Positions 25,925 through 35,997 of a stretch of 39,494 nt of DNA are shown one piece after another (positions within the stretch are counted from its first letter, which is position 1; each line of letters begins with the position of its first letter). The notes under the pieces were generated by a model that saw nothing but the letters and a program-made list of their open reading frames with translations, made no database searches and was not told where the DNA came from. Source of the stretch: a virus (taxonomy: Duplodnaviria; Caudoviricetes); the IMG/VR virus record IMGVR_UViG_3300044580_000264, positions 1 through 39,494 of that record; one strand, given 5' to 3'. Made by a program: the position numbers and the translations under genes.

Positions 25925-27750
25925 TGCCGACTGCGATTAGAAAACCTGCAAAATATATCGCGGAACTTTTCAGAATTATTAAGTATGACCCACGAACGGC
26001 TCTTGCTGATGATGATGTTTTTTCACGAGTGAATCATATTTTTTATTTTTCTGTTGCGAAGCACCCAGCATCGGACAATTACTGGCTCGCATGGGGCGGT
26101 TGGTTTGACAATCCGATAATCGCAACGAGCTACGGTTTGCAAATTTTCATGGATGTGTTTTTGACTGAAGTTTTCAACACGACAAATTTATTGTCGATTG
26201 TGAATAGTTTTTATGTTGATGTCGCTAACAGCAAAGTTTATATTCATTTGCCGCGCAATCCGTTCCGATATTTTTCAGAATATTCTGCGGTCTACGATAA
26301 TACCGGCTCAACATTTTCAACCGCCCCGAAAAGCGATACGAACCTATCTGACATTCGATACGGCGTCGTGCGTGCAGAGCCGCGCATGGATATACCAAAA
26401 TTGAATAATAAATTGAGCGATACAATTTCGGGTATTAGCGTTTATAATTCGTTTAAAATAAATGTCAACAACGCAGACGGAAAATATGACGGCATGAACA
26501 TAACAGAATACTTCAACACGCCGCTGCAAATTTCAAAAACGACTGAAGACGCAGAAACAATAGAACAATTTCATAGAGTGCGAAATGGCATTGTGAATGA
26601 TATAGAAATTGATTTTCAAAGTATTATAATTTCAGCTACAGACCAATTCTATCAAATGAAGAAAGAATATTGCCGACCAATCACAAAAGATTTATTTCCT
26701 TTTGTTGATGAAGGCAATCTTAATAATTTAATGCCAATCGGATTTGGCAGTTTGTCACGTGTCGAACTGATCGAAGTGAACAAAGATACGAGCGACCCAT
26801 CCACATGGATTGATTATATCGCACTCGATCCAGCTTACATGGTTTCGGCACATACCGTGTACGACCAGGACGGTAATAGTTTATCATTCACCTTTGATGC
26901 CACAACAAAAATAATACGAGTGACAGAACTTGACGATGAAGGCGAAGTGATTGAAGGCGTCAGCGCCGATGTCGATGGTCTACCGAACAATAGCATCGGT
27001 GAAATTATTATTTATGCACTCGTGCATAACGAAAACATTCCCTATGAGGTCGGCATTTGGGATATTGACGAAACGCAGCGGTATCTTGACATATGCCCGA
27101 CGCTATCATTTTATTTTGACGGCGGAACGACGAAGGATTTAATCGAAGCCGTTTTGAAAAATGACATGGCGTATCTCATACAAAAAAACAATGGTTTATT
27201 GACATTGCGACGATGGGGGCTTGATTACGATACTCATACTATTCCGTCGTGGCTTGTTACGAAAGAACCAAAAAAAGACTTCAAGGATGCAGCGAAGTAT
27301 TATTGCTCAACCGTAAAAATATTGTACGATAAACATCACGCAGATGATGAATTTAAAAAAACATATTTGTATGATTATCATGAAGCAACAATTTTTGAAA
27401 AATATAGAAAATCGTTCACGGCAGAAATTGAATGTGATATTGACAATATGAGTGACATTGAAAGTCTTGCAGAAAGAATGATAAGCAGATTTGGACAAAT
27501 CAGAGAGACAATAAAAATTGGCGTTGGCTATGATACGTATGCTATCAATTTGCTTGACAAAATAATTTTTATGTGTGATATAAATGGTAGAAAATTTTCA
27601 TCTTATACGTCATGGATTGTCAAAGAGGCAGACCCAGCGCAGGACGAAATTGTCATTGAAGGTGATGGTATTATTTATCATCTCACGTTCGATGATGATA
27701 TTGCGCTTGTAGATGATAAATATTTAATCACTATTCAAAAAGAGGTATAA
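25921..27750 (+). CDS. Tail tip/hub protein
   Basis: 609 aa, position in the tail module, MPIGFG motif. Confidence 0.6.
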   Translation: MMPTAIRKPAKYIAELFRIIKYDPRTALADDDVFSRVNHIFYFSVAKHPASDNYWLAWGGWFDNPIIATSYGLQIFMDVFLTEVFNTTNLLSIVNSFYVDVANSKVYIHLPRNPFRYFSEYSAVYDNTGSTFSTAPKSDTNLSDIRYGVVRAEPRMDIPKLNNKLSDTISGISVYNSFKINVNNADGKYDGMNITEYFNTPLQISKTTEDAETIEQFHRVRNGIVNDIEIDFQSIIISATDQFYQMKKEYCRPITKDLFPFVDEGNLNNLMPIGFGSLSRVELIEVNKDTSDPSTWIDYIALDPAYMVSAHTVYDQDGNSLSFTFDATTKIIRVTELDDEGEVIEGVSADVDGLPNNSIGEIIIYALVHNENIPYEVGIWDIDETQRYLDICPTLSFYFDGGTTKDLIEAVLKNDMAYLIQKNNGLLTLRRWGLDYDTHTIPSWLVTKEPKKDFKDAAKYYCSTVKILYDKHHADDEFKKTYLYDYHEATIFEKYRKSFTAEIECDIDNMSDIESLAERMISRFGQIRETIKIGVGYDTYAINLLDKIIFMCDINGRKFSSYTSWIVKEADPAQDEIVIEGDGIIYHLTFDDDIALVDDKYLITIQKEV

Positions 27751-27752
27751 AA

Positions 27753-28982
27753 ATGGATAAAATGACAATGGGCATGAAAACAATAAACCAAATAAGTAGA
27801 ACACTTACAACGATACAAGGATCAGAAATGCTCCCCGGGAGAGATGAAAATGGTGACTTCAAAGTTGAGATTACAAAAATTATTGACGAAGCATCAGCAC
27901 AAACTATTGAAGATGCAACATCTACTGTACTAAATGAAAACATAGCCAATTATGCGCAATTAAATTCAAAAATTATCAAAGATGGCAGCAATAATTGGAT
28001 TATAGTCCCTGCCTTTCGTGTCATTCTTGACGATACTATATATTATAAATTGACTTCGACTATTCTTTATACAAATAATCTTGATGTTGGCGGTTCTTTT
28101 GCTTTCGGCAGCGATTACTATGTGTGGGCTGGAGTACCTTCGTCTGGTCATGAGCCTGTTCTCAAGTTGTCAACTTCGCCATCATCTCCAATAGATATGA
28201 CTAATCCGAAAATCATTGGCGGATTTCATTACGGAAAAATTAGAAATTCAATTACCATAAATGATGTGAGCGATGGCATTGTTCCGAACTCGTGTTGGGA
28301 CATCAAACACATGCCGAAGTGCTATCTGCTCGGACTGTCAGACCCGTCAACCTATCAGATTGGCGGCATGGTTGAAGTTGTGCCGAACTCGCTATGGGTT
28401 GATATTTATCTGGTGTCAGACGGTGGCGGCAGTGGTTTCAATCGGCGTGGTTTCTCAAAAATAAATCAGATACCGCTTTCTGGCACTGAAGGTTTGTGTT
28501 GGTATGACTTTGTAATACGGGCAAAAAATGTCGGCAAGCGATTGCTAAATTACATGGAATGGACGCAGGCGGCGATTGGAAGTCCGCAGGGGCTCAATGC
28601 CAGCAATGAAAATGGCTGGGCGAAAACAACAAATGCAGCAAGAGTGAAGACTGCGGCAACAAATGCTGGTGACGCTGATGCTGATTATATCAAGGGCTAT
28701 AATACAAGTCTCTTGAATGTACGGGATTGTGTTGGGAATTTATGGGAATGGCTTTCAGACTCAGCTGGAACTGGAGGTTCGGCGTGGAGCAATACTCTTG
28801 ACGCTGGCGAGTTGTCTGGCGGTACTGACTTCGGACAACGATATGGAACAATTATTTGCCTGCTTGCTGGAGGGTATTGGAAGGATGGCGTCTACGCTGG
28901 TTCTCGCGCCGTGAACGCAACAATCGGACCGCAAACTGTGAGCGCGAACTATGGCTCACGTTTTTGCTGCGAATCATTATAA
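27753..28982 (+). CDS. Receptor-binding protein with an Mtd-like C-type-lectin (FGE-type) fold
   Basis: IGGFHYG, PNSCWD, WVDIYL, GKRLL, DCVGNLWEW, LAGGYW...GSR...GSRFCCE. Confidence 0.85.
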   Translation: MDKMTMGMKTINQISRTLTTIQGSEMLPGRDENGDFKVEITKIIDEASAQTIEDATSTVLNENIANYAQLNSKIIKDGSNNWIIVPAFRVILDDTIYYKLTSTILYTNNLDVGGSFAFGSDYYVWAGVPSSGHEPVLKLSTSPSSPIDMTNPKIIGGFHYGKIRNSITINDVSDGIVPNSCWDIKHMPKCYLLGLSDPSTYQIGGMVEVVPNSLWVDIYLVSDGGGSGFNRRGFSKINQIPLSGTEGLCWYDFVIRAKNVGKRLLNYMEWTQAAIGSPQGLNASNENGWAKTTNAARVKTAATNAGDADADYIKGYNTSLLNVRDCVGNLWEWLSDSAGTGGSAWSNTLDAGELSGGTDFGQRYGTIICLLAGGYWKDGVYAGSRAVNATIGPQTVSANYGSRFCCESL

Positions 28983-29003
28983 TGAAAATTAAAATAATGG
29001 AGA

Positions 29004-29978
29004 TTGAAAATGGCTAACGAAGCATCGATACTCAATAATCCAACGAGCATACCCGAAGCGGTGTCAACTGGCTACCAGCGACAAAATGTGAACATCGTCG
29101 CAGCACGGGTTGGCATGGATGAATCGGTTGTCGTCGGCGGTGCAGGGAAGTGCACACTGAAAGTATCGGGGCCAATTGACGTGAACGGTGTGCTCTATAC
29201 GATAGACAGCGAAGTTGAATTTTCACTTGATACCGCTGGCGAATATATCATATATCTTGAAGACAGTATAGCTGGACATCTCACGCCGAAGATAACATCG
29301 CAACCGGGACTGTTTGTCGCAGATAAAAATGCACACTACACTGCGGATGGTTATCGAATATTGAACTGGCTTATTCAGTACGACGGCACGACAGCGATAG
29401 CGTACAAAGTAGGTCGAGATAGATTTGAGACTGTTATTACTGCGAGCGGGCAATGGCGCTGCATGTTCAGCCAGCCGTACGAAATCACAATGTGCGGCAA
29501 AGGCGGGAACGGTGGTGACGCAGTGAATTTGTATCTTGGCGGTAATGGTGGAGGTGCATTGACAGGTCATAAAAAATTGTATATCGAAGCTTCGGACACA
29601 TGGACTGCCGTATTTTCGGCTGCGAGCGGCGGGATGTGCTCATTTGCGAATATAGCGAACACGTTGCAAGCGCAAAATGGATATAACGGGGTAACGGATG
29701 GGTATCAAACTCCAACTGCTTGCGGTTCGGCGCACGCTGGATTCGATAGAGTTGTTGCTGGAGAATATGGATACATTAATGGCTCGAATGGTGCCGCATT
29801 TCGCGGCGGCGGTGATTCGGAGCTTGGCATTGGCGGCGAAAATGGATATATTTTAAATTCTATAACCGGCGGAAATGGTAAAGGATATGGAGCTGGCGGT
29901 GGTGCTGGTAGACTTGCATATGGTGACAACGGCATCGGTGGCACAGGCGCACCAGCTGTGATAATTATCCGAGGTTGA
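29004..29978 (+). CDS. Glycine-rich tail fibre/adhesin
   Basis: C-terminal GxGGxGG repeats, GYGAGGGAG, GGTGAPAVIIIR. Confidence 0.75.
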   Translation: MKMANEASILNNPTSIPEAVSTGYQRQNVNIVAARVGMDESVVVGGAGKCTLKVSGPIDVNGVLYTIDSEVEFSLDTAGEYIIYLEDSIAGHLTPKITSQPGLFVADKNAHYTADGYRILNWLIQYDGTTAIAYKVGRDRFETVITASGQWRCMFSQPYEITMCGKGGNGGDAVNLYLGGNGGGALTGHKKLYIEASDTWTAVFSAASGGMCSFANIANTLQAQNGYNGVTDGYQTPTACGSAHAGFDRVVAGEYGYINGSNGAAFRGGGDSELGIGGENGYILNSITGGNGKGYGAGGGAGRLAYGDNGIGGTGAPAVIIIRG

Positions 29979-29979
29979 C

Positions 29980-30864
29980 TTACAACTCGACGCCTCCTGG
30001 CAGCAATCCCAATCCTTCAAAATCAATCGACTTGAAAAATCCGAATACACTGCAACTATAATCGCCTTGCATATGTACTGTCAATCGAGATAAATCATGC
30101 AGAATCGACGGCGCTACATATACCGTATGTATCCCTTCACATAAAGTTATCGTATCAACAATCCATTTGTCAGTTTCTTTGTCGATGTGATACAATGCCT
30201 CATCGGGGAAAACATACAAATCATTTCTATCTGCATAATCGCTCAAACGAAAATGAACATCCAGTTGCTCATCTGTCCACGGCTCACTATCAATTAATTT
30301 TTCGGTATGATATGTTAGCGTGACACTTTTGCCTGCTGGCACTCGCAGCCCATATACCCAGCATATGTCTGTGCTACCTCGCTGGTTGTATTGCGAATTG
30401 AACGACTTTGTCGCTCCATTGTCAATTTTTTTTATCGGCAGCCACAACTCTTCGTGATAGCCGACAAACCACGTCTGCAGGTGGAGCGATACCGTTTCTG
30501 CATTTCTATATACTTCGACTTTTGTTTCATTGCCATTTTCGATTATTTTATTGTAACAAACAAATTCCAATTGAATATCATCGCCGAATCGCTTCGGATA
30601 AAATTTGCCTTCTTCAATTCCTTCGTCGAACGACAGCGCTATGTTGCCGTCAAGATACAATTCAGCGTAATTATATTCAACATCTGGCTTTTGCGTTATC
30701 GTTGCAATGCCATAAACTTTTTCGTCTTCTGTGTTCTCGTATAATCGCAATTCAAGATGTGATGTCATCGCCGTTACTCCTTTAATATAATTATCGTTAC
30801 CGCCACCGTTGCACGCTATTATTGCAACGATAAAAAAATAAATCAACAACATTTTTGTTTTCAT
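29980..30864 (-). CDS. Lipoprotein of unknown function
   Basis: MKTKMLLIYFFIVAIIA-C signal/lipobox; AGGAG RBS. Confidence 0.7.
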   Translation of the reverse strand: MKTKMLLIYFFIVAIIACNGGGNDNYIKGVTAMTSHLELRLYENTEDEKVYGIATITQKPDVEYNYAELYLDGNIALSFDEGIEEGKFYPKRFGDDIQLEFVCYNKIIENGNETKVEVYRNAETVSLHLQTWFVGYHEELWLPIKKIDNGATKSFNSQYNQRGSTDICWVYGLRVPAGKSVTLTYHTEKLIDSEPWTDEQLDVHFRLSDYADRNDLYVFPDEALYHIDKETDKWIVDTITLCEGIHTVYVAPSILHDLSRLTVHMQGDYSCSVFGFFKSIDFEGLGLLPGGVEL

Positions 30865-30881
30865 TTTGTTTCTCCTTTTTT

Positions 30882-31982
30882 TTATTCTTTAAATAATGTT
30901 TTGTCATTTTTATCATCTTTATCACTATCGTCGTCAATAGAAAATTCTGCGTCTTCAATTTTCATATTGTTAATGCTCACATCAAGCGTATCGATTATTG
31001 TCTTGTCATAACTTTTTTGCTCAAAGTCATTTCCCCATTCGTTCGCAACGGCTCTGGCGTTTCGTATCTTCATATATGGTCTAAAAAAAGATTTTCCTGC
31101 AACTTTCTTGAGCATTTCGGGACGGTCGGCGCCGTCATAAGGATTTTTTATATCGTTCTCATAAATTTTTTTGTCACCTTTCATAATATAATTTTTCTTT
31201 TCAGCTTGAGCTTCTCGCAGAAGTTGTAAATCATTTAAATAATATTTGTAAGAGACTGAATGTCTCATTGCTTTTTCAAGCAACCTGTCAGCATCGTATA
31301 CTTCGCCTATCATGTGATTGCGTTCGATATCGAACGCTTGAACAACAACGCCAATAACTTCACCGCGCGGCAACGCTGGCTTCAACTTGAATTTGAATTG
31401 CCCATCCTCTCGCTCTATCTCGTAGTTGTCTCTTTCGTATATGCAGTCAATCGAAATATTTTTGAACGGCGGATTTTCACCGCTTGTCAAAGCGAATTCA
31501 AACGCCGACACGGCTGGGATAAATTCCACAATTGTATTTATTTTGCCAAACGGAATTATCGCTCCCATCTCTGGCAGTGATGCCCCCATATACATTGCTT
31601 CCATAAACGCATCGACAATTGATTGTACGCCATCTTGATTATTCCATGCGTCCCTGAAATCAACAGACATGAGATATTTAATATTTTTTTCTATCAGTCT
31701 TTTCGTCGCAGGCTTGTCAATAAATTGAGCAGATTGTTGCAAAATAATATTAAAATTATTTTGAACCCACGTGGGAATATCATTTTTTGACTTTGGCGGT
31801 AAAAGTATCGCCAAAGAATTTTTTTGTTGTTCGTATGCTTTTAAGAAATTTCTTTTCGCTTCAGTTTCATTTGAACCTTTGCCACCGATATTGCAATCTT
31901 TGCAAAAATAATAGAATACATCTTTCTTCGATTTTTGCAACTCAACTTCTTTTTTGCATTGCGGACATGTTAATTTATTCAT
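30882..31982 (-). CDS. RecT-like single-strand annealing protein with an N-terminal Zn ribbon
   Basis: CPQC...CKDC, IIPFG, IYERD, EMLKK; adjacent to the YqaJ nuclease. Confidence 0.65.
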   Translation of the reverse strand: MNKLTCPQCKKEVELQKSKKDVFYYFCKDCNIGGKGSNETEAKRNFLKAYEQQKNSLAILLPPKSKNDIPTWVQNNFNIILQQSAQFIDKPATKRLIEKNIKYLMSVDFRDAWNNQDGVQSIVDAFMEAMYMGASLPEMGAIIPFGKINTIVEFIPAVSAFEFALTSGENPPFKNISIDCIYERDNYEIEREDGQFKFKLKPALPRGEVIGVVVQAFDIERNHMIGEVYDADRLLEKAMRHSVSYKYYLNDLQLLREAQAEKKNYIMKGDKKIYENDIKNPYDGADRPEMLKKVAGKSFFRPYMKIRNARAVANEWGNDFEQKSYDKTIIDTLDVSINNMKIEDAEFSIDDDSDKDDKNDKTLFKE

Positions 31983-31984
31983 AT

Positions 31985-33103
31985 TTATTCTCCTCTGTAT
32001 TTTATTGTGACAAATCTTGTTGATTCTGATTTGTAAATAAGTCCATTTTTAACGAAGTAATTATACAGTCTTTTGTCCTTTTTAATTTCGCTCAATCCTT
32101 TTATGCGTTCACTTCCACTGCGTTCTTGCCATGCTGCGATGTCAACTATTTCGCCATCAACTATTCCTTTAAGAATTTTTGCATTTTTCAAAATTACGGA
32201 CATTGCGTTTTCGGCATCTTCTTTTTTTTGCTTCCATGCTTTGATTTGTTTTTCGGCTTCTGTATATTCTTTCGCAATCTTCAATGCAAATTGCAATTTA
32301 TCGCCCGACACGACGGTGAAATCTTCGTCAAGTTTCGGATAGAGTATTGCAATGTCTGTCTTGTTCATGGCGAATTCACGTGGTGGTATATTTTTGACAA
32401 TGCACCTGTGCATGTAGTGCGCTAATTCAAGCAATCGTTCTTGCACTCTTCTGTCTATACGAATATGCCATTGTCCATAAGTGCTCGTATCGCACAATAG
32501 CACCAACCACGCATCATCAATTTTTTTTTGATATTCTTCTTGATAAATTGCAGCCTGAAATTGAATTTGAAAATAATTGCGTAGCGGTATTCCCTGATGT
32601 CCTTCGATGTTAAAATCATATCCAGAATACAAATCGTCCCGTCGTTTCGCAGACCAGTATTTCGCCGTCTTCGCTTCTATGATAGTAAAATATTTTTTTT
32701 CTTCTTGTATGCAATCTGCGTGAGCTACCGCAAAATCATTTGCCGCTTCTGTGTGATGCAAATATTTTGTGTGTTGTGTTTGCGCAGCCGTTTTATATCC
32801 GTCCTTATGTTTGTCAAACTCACACGCCATGTATCCTTGCAATGTTTTTTTCGCTATTGCTTCACTATCGTTCTTCGCTATGAATTCGTACAACACCATC
32901 GGTTCAAGAATATTTCCAACATGCGCTCCATACCCCGATTCTTCTTTTTTTTTCAATCCAGTTTTAATTTGCCATAGCGTCAATGGAGTTTGACCATAGC
33001 CCGCCAGGCTTTCGTATTTTTCAGGGTGCTTAATCAATATCGGAATTTCTGATGCGCCAATTTTCTTTTCACGTGATTTTGTAAAATTTTTAATGTATCT
33101 CAT
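31985..33103 (-). CDS. YqaJ-like recombination exonuclease
   Basis: IGASE, TPLTLWQIKTG, GNILEP, AHAD, IEAKT, QIQFQ. Confidence 0.85.
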   Translation of the reverse strand: MRYIKNFTKSREKKIGASEIPILIKHPEKYESLAGYGQTPLTLWQIKTGLKKKEESGYGAHVGNILEPMVLYEFIAKNDSEAIAKKTLQGYMACEFDKHKDGYKTAAQTQHTKYLHHTEAANDFAVAHADCIQEEKKYFTIIEAKTAKYWSAKRRDDLYSGYDFNIEGHQGIPLRNYFQIQFQAAIYQEEYQKKIDDAWLVLLCDTSTYGQWHIRIDRRVQERLLELAHYMHRCIVKNIPPREFAMNKTDIAILYPKLDEDFTVVSGDKLQFALKIAKEYTEAEKQIKAWKQKKEDAENAMSVILKNAKILKGIVDGEIVDIAAWQERSGSERIKGLSEIKKDKRLYNYFVKNGLIYKSESTRFVTIKYRGE

Positions 33104-33114
33104 TATTCATACCT

Positions 33115-34536
33115 TTATAAATAATTTTTTTTAGCCTTATCGAAATAGTTGTTATGATATTCCAATCCATTTTTCAGTATTTTCATTTTTTCTTTTTTTG
33201 TTAATGCGACAGTATCATGTATATTATTATCTTCTATCATTTCAACATTTTGTTTTTTGTTTCTCATATCTAATACATCATCATCGAGCAAAACAAGCTC
33301 GCCATCGACGACCGCTGGTAATTTTCTTTTCTTTTGTGTTTGCATTATTTCATTAAAAAAATCATAACCGCAAATGTGACAAAAACGATTAGTTTGTGCA
33401 TTCATAACCGAGCAAATGGGACATAATTTCATAGTCGGTGACGCCATTTCGTCATTATCATCATATTTTTTATTTCCGAGAGACCATTTCCTGTCAATTT
33501 CGGGTCGTCCGTGTATAAAACTATTGCCGACAGAATCCACTATTATTCCGTATTTTTTATTTTTATCTGGTCGCAAAACTCTACCGACGAATTGCAAGTA
33601 TATTGTCAGACTCATAGTGCGCCGCAGAAAAATTAATCCGTATAGGCCGGGTATGTCCATCCCTTCTATGCCGATACCAACCGTGCAAATGCCATTAATT
33701 TTTTTTTGTCTGACCATGCGTATAATTCTTTTTCTGTCGCTCATGCGCAAAGCACTATGTATATGCTCGAAGTGCCAACCTGCATTATTAAATTTTTCCG
33801 TCATATTCTTCGCATGGTCAAATGTTGCGCAAGCGACAATGACAGGTGCGCCGCAAAATATCGTATTGTATTTTTGTATAACATCGCCGATTATTTTTGC
33901 GTCACCTAATTGTTTCGCTTGTTCGACAGTATCGAATTCGCCGTTTTGCATTCTAACATTCAATTTATATACCTCTGGAACCAACAATAACGGTTTCGCA
34001 AGATAACCGCAGTCGATTGCTTGTTGCATTGTTATTGTCTGCACAATGTCGGTGTATATATGCTCGAATCCTTGCCCGTCCAATCGTTGCAATGTTGCGG
34101 TCAATCCCATGCGCAACGCACTGCTATAATACGCATGTATATTATCCCATGTCGCCGCCGTCACGTGATGGCATTCGTCTGTAATGATGATGTCTGGCTT
34201 GAATCGTTCGGGCAGTTTTGATAAAATATTATTAAGGCTCAATGGCATACAGACATAAATCATTTTGTTTTTTCCAACAACGCCATCCTGATTGATATAT
34301 CCGTAATCAATTCCATGTCGTGATAATTGCGATAGCCATTGTTGAAAAATTTCGTCCTGCGGCGTTAGTACAAAAATTTTTTGTTTTAACTTCAATCTAT
34401 CTTCGATAATGTGAATTGCAGTAATTGTTTTGCCAGTGCCAGTTGGCGCCACATACACGGGATGACGTCCAGCATTGAGCAATTGATTTATTTTTATTTG
34501 TGCTTCTATTTGGAATTGTCGCAGTGACATTTTCAA
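33115..34536 (-). CDS. SF2 DEAD/DEAH helicase with a C-terminal Zn finger
   Basis: APTGTGKT, DECHH, LTAT, EGMDIP, QFVGRVLR, CPIC...CHIC. Confidence 0.93.
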   Translation of the reverse strand: MKMSLRQFQIEAQIKINQLLNAGRHPVYVAPTGTGKTITAIHIIEDRLKLKQKIFVLTPQDEIFQQWLSQLSRHGIDYGYINQDGVVGKNKMIYVCMPLSLNNILSKLPERFKPDIIITDECHHVTAATWDNIHAYYSSALRMGLTATLQRLDGQGFEHIYTDIVQTITMQQAIDCGYLAKPLLLVPEVYKLNVRMQNGEFDTVEQAKQLGDAKIIGDVIQKYNTIFCGAPVIVACATFDHAKNMTEKFNNAGWHFEHIHSALRMSDRKRIIRMVRQKKINGICTVGIGIEGMDIPGLYGLIFLRRTMSLTIYLQFVGRVLRPDKNKKYGIIVDSVGNSFIHGRPEIDRKWSLGNKKYDDNDEMASPTMKLCPICSVMNAQTNRFCHICGYDFFNEIMQTQKKRKLPAVVDGELVLLDDDVLDMRNKKQNVEMIEDNNIHDTVALTKKEKMKILKNGLEYHNNYFDKAKKNYL

Positions 34537-34551
34537 AATCCTAATTTCGAT

Positions 34552-35361
34552 TTATAAATATCGTAATTCAGAATCAACAACTCTTCTGCCTGCGGCTTTC
34601 CTTTTTTTATATCCTGATGAATGTTTTGTTTTTGCTATTTTTGTATAACTCCATTTGTTTCTCGGATACATTTTCTCAAGCTCTTGAAAATAATAATAAG
34701 ACACCATCACCGAAGCATTAATTTTGTTGAGCATTTCGGCTAATTTGAAATGGTCTTCTTTTGTAAATTCTGATTGATAGTAATGTTCGGTGCACCAGTA
34801 CGGCGGGTCTGCATATATCATTATGTCAGTCTTATTTTTCATTATATTTTTAATTACATTTTCAAAATCATCATGAAGAATTTGAACATTTTTTATTCTT
34901 ATATAAATTTCGTTTATTTTTGCAATATTGTTATTAAATGATTCTGCTGGCTTTTTTATATACGAATAACTAAATCCGCCACCAATCGTACCGTTGAAAC
35001 TTGATTGAAATAAATAATAAAACTTTCCTGCTCTTTCAATATCAGTCCCTTGCAAACCTGTTGTTTTCAACTCTTGCAAATATTTTTGATATAATTCCTT
35101 TGAATATAATTTTAGATCGAACCATTTAATAAACTCATCATGTTTATTTTTCACAACATCAAAAAGATTTACAAGATTACTATCATTATCATTGTAAATT
35201 TCAATTTTATGCGGCGGTTTATTCAATAACACTTTCGCCGAACCGCCGAATAACTCCAAATAACATTTTTTGTCATAATCCAGCAATGCGTTTATTTCAT
35301 TAACCATGTGACCTTTCCCGCCCATATACGGTATAAAAGATATCATATTATTATTTTCCAC
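34552..35361 (-). CDS. D12-class DNA adenine methyltransferase; C-terminus apparently frameshifted
   Basis: PYMGGK, ELFGGS, YND, YADPPY; the conserved EELLILNY tail lies in another frame. Confidence 0.9.
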   Translation of the reverse strand: MENNNMISFIPYMGGKGHMVNEINALLDYDKKCYLELFGGSAKVLLNKPPHKIEIYNDNDSNLVNLFDVVKNKHDEFIKWFDLKLYSKELYQKYLQELKTTGLQGTDIERAGKFYYLFQSSFNGTIGGGFSYSYIKKPAESFNNNIAKINEIYIRIKNVQILHDDFENVIKNIMKNKTDIMIYADPPYWCTEHYYQSEFTKEDHFKLAEMLNKINASVMVSYYYFQELEKMYPRNKWSYTKIAKTKHSSGYKKRKAAGRRVVDSELRYL

Positions 35362-35684
35362 AATATTTTTAGTACATCAATAACTTCGTCGAAATTATGC
35401 ACTACTGCTACATTGTACCCATGCTCACGCAAATATTCTATAATAATACTTTGTTGTTTTGTCAGCTTCCCTTTCTCACTTTTGAATTCCATGAAATATA
35501 TTTTTTTATCATGTAAAATTGCTAAATCAGGAATGCCCGGTATCATGCCACGTTTTTTTAATTTGTTCAATTGCGCAAAGGTAATATTCCAGTGCTCATT
35601 CGGAATTGAAAAATAAAAAATGTTCAGACTCGACAAGAGATTGCATGTCATCTCCTGCAGCGTTGTTTCTTTATTAATATTCAT
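35343..35684 (-). CDS. VRR-NUC domain nuclease
   Basis: IPNE, GMIPGIPDL, FMEFKSEKGKLTKQQ; ATG 35684 is the likely start. Confidence 0.88.
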   Translation of the reverse strand: MNINKETTLQEMTCNLLSSLNIFYFSIPNEHWNITFAQLNKLKKRGMIPGIPDLAILHDKKIYFMEFKSEKGKLTKQQSIIIEYLREHGYNVAVVHNFDEVIDVLKILWKIII

Positions 35685-35994
35685 AGTACAGTGTTCTTGC
35701 TTTATCGATGATTTGATTTTCAATTCCAAAATAATTTATAATATTTTCGATTTGCTCTAAAGTCAAGTCAACCGTAAATCCTTCCTTGTTTGTCGCATCT
35801 GGCGCAAACCGAAGGAATCCTTTAGCAATGTTGTATTCACACTCTTCAGCATCGCCATCATCAGCCCATGCCGCAGTCCCGGGGACGGCAGCTGGTTTTT
35901 CTCTTTCAGGCGAATAGTGAGTAATATTCACAACAATTATCACCTCGCAATAATTGTCGTCTGGAAGCGATACTATCATTTCATAATCAAGCAT
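35674..35994 (-). CDS. Hypothetical protein
   Basis: GGAGG RBS; tight packing in the operon. Confidence 0.65.
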   Translation of the reverse strand: MLDYEMIVSLPDDNYCEVIIVVNITHYSPEREKPAAVPGTAAWADDGDAEECEYNIAKGFLRFAPDATNKEGFTVDLTLEQIENIINYFGIENQIIDKARTLYYEY

Positions 35995-35997
35995 ACT

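Noticed and set aside
27753-30000. Complete diversity-generating retroelement
   Set aside because: I found no reverse transcriptase ORF, template repeat or accessory gene in the circular genome
33416-34006. 196-aa + strand ORF and many similar antisense ORFs in the track
   Set aside because: They are shadows of well-supported genes on the opposite strand
34552-35729. Restriction-modification system (MTase plus nuclease)
   Set aside because: The nuclease is VRR-NUC, a common phage recombination enzyme, and the MTases look like orphan anti-restriction genes
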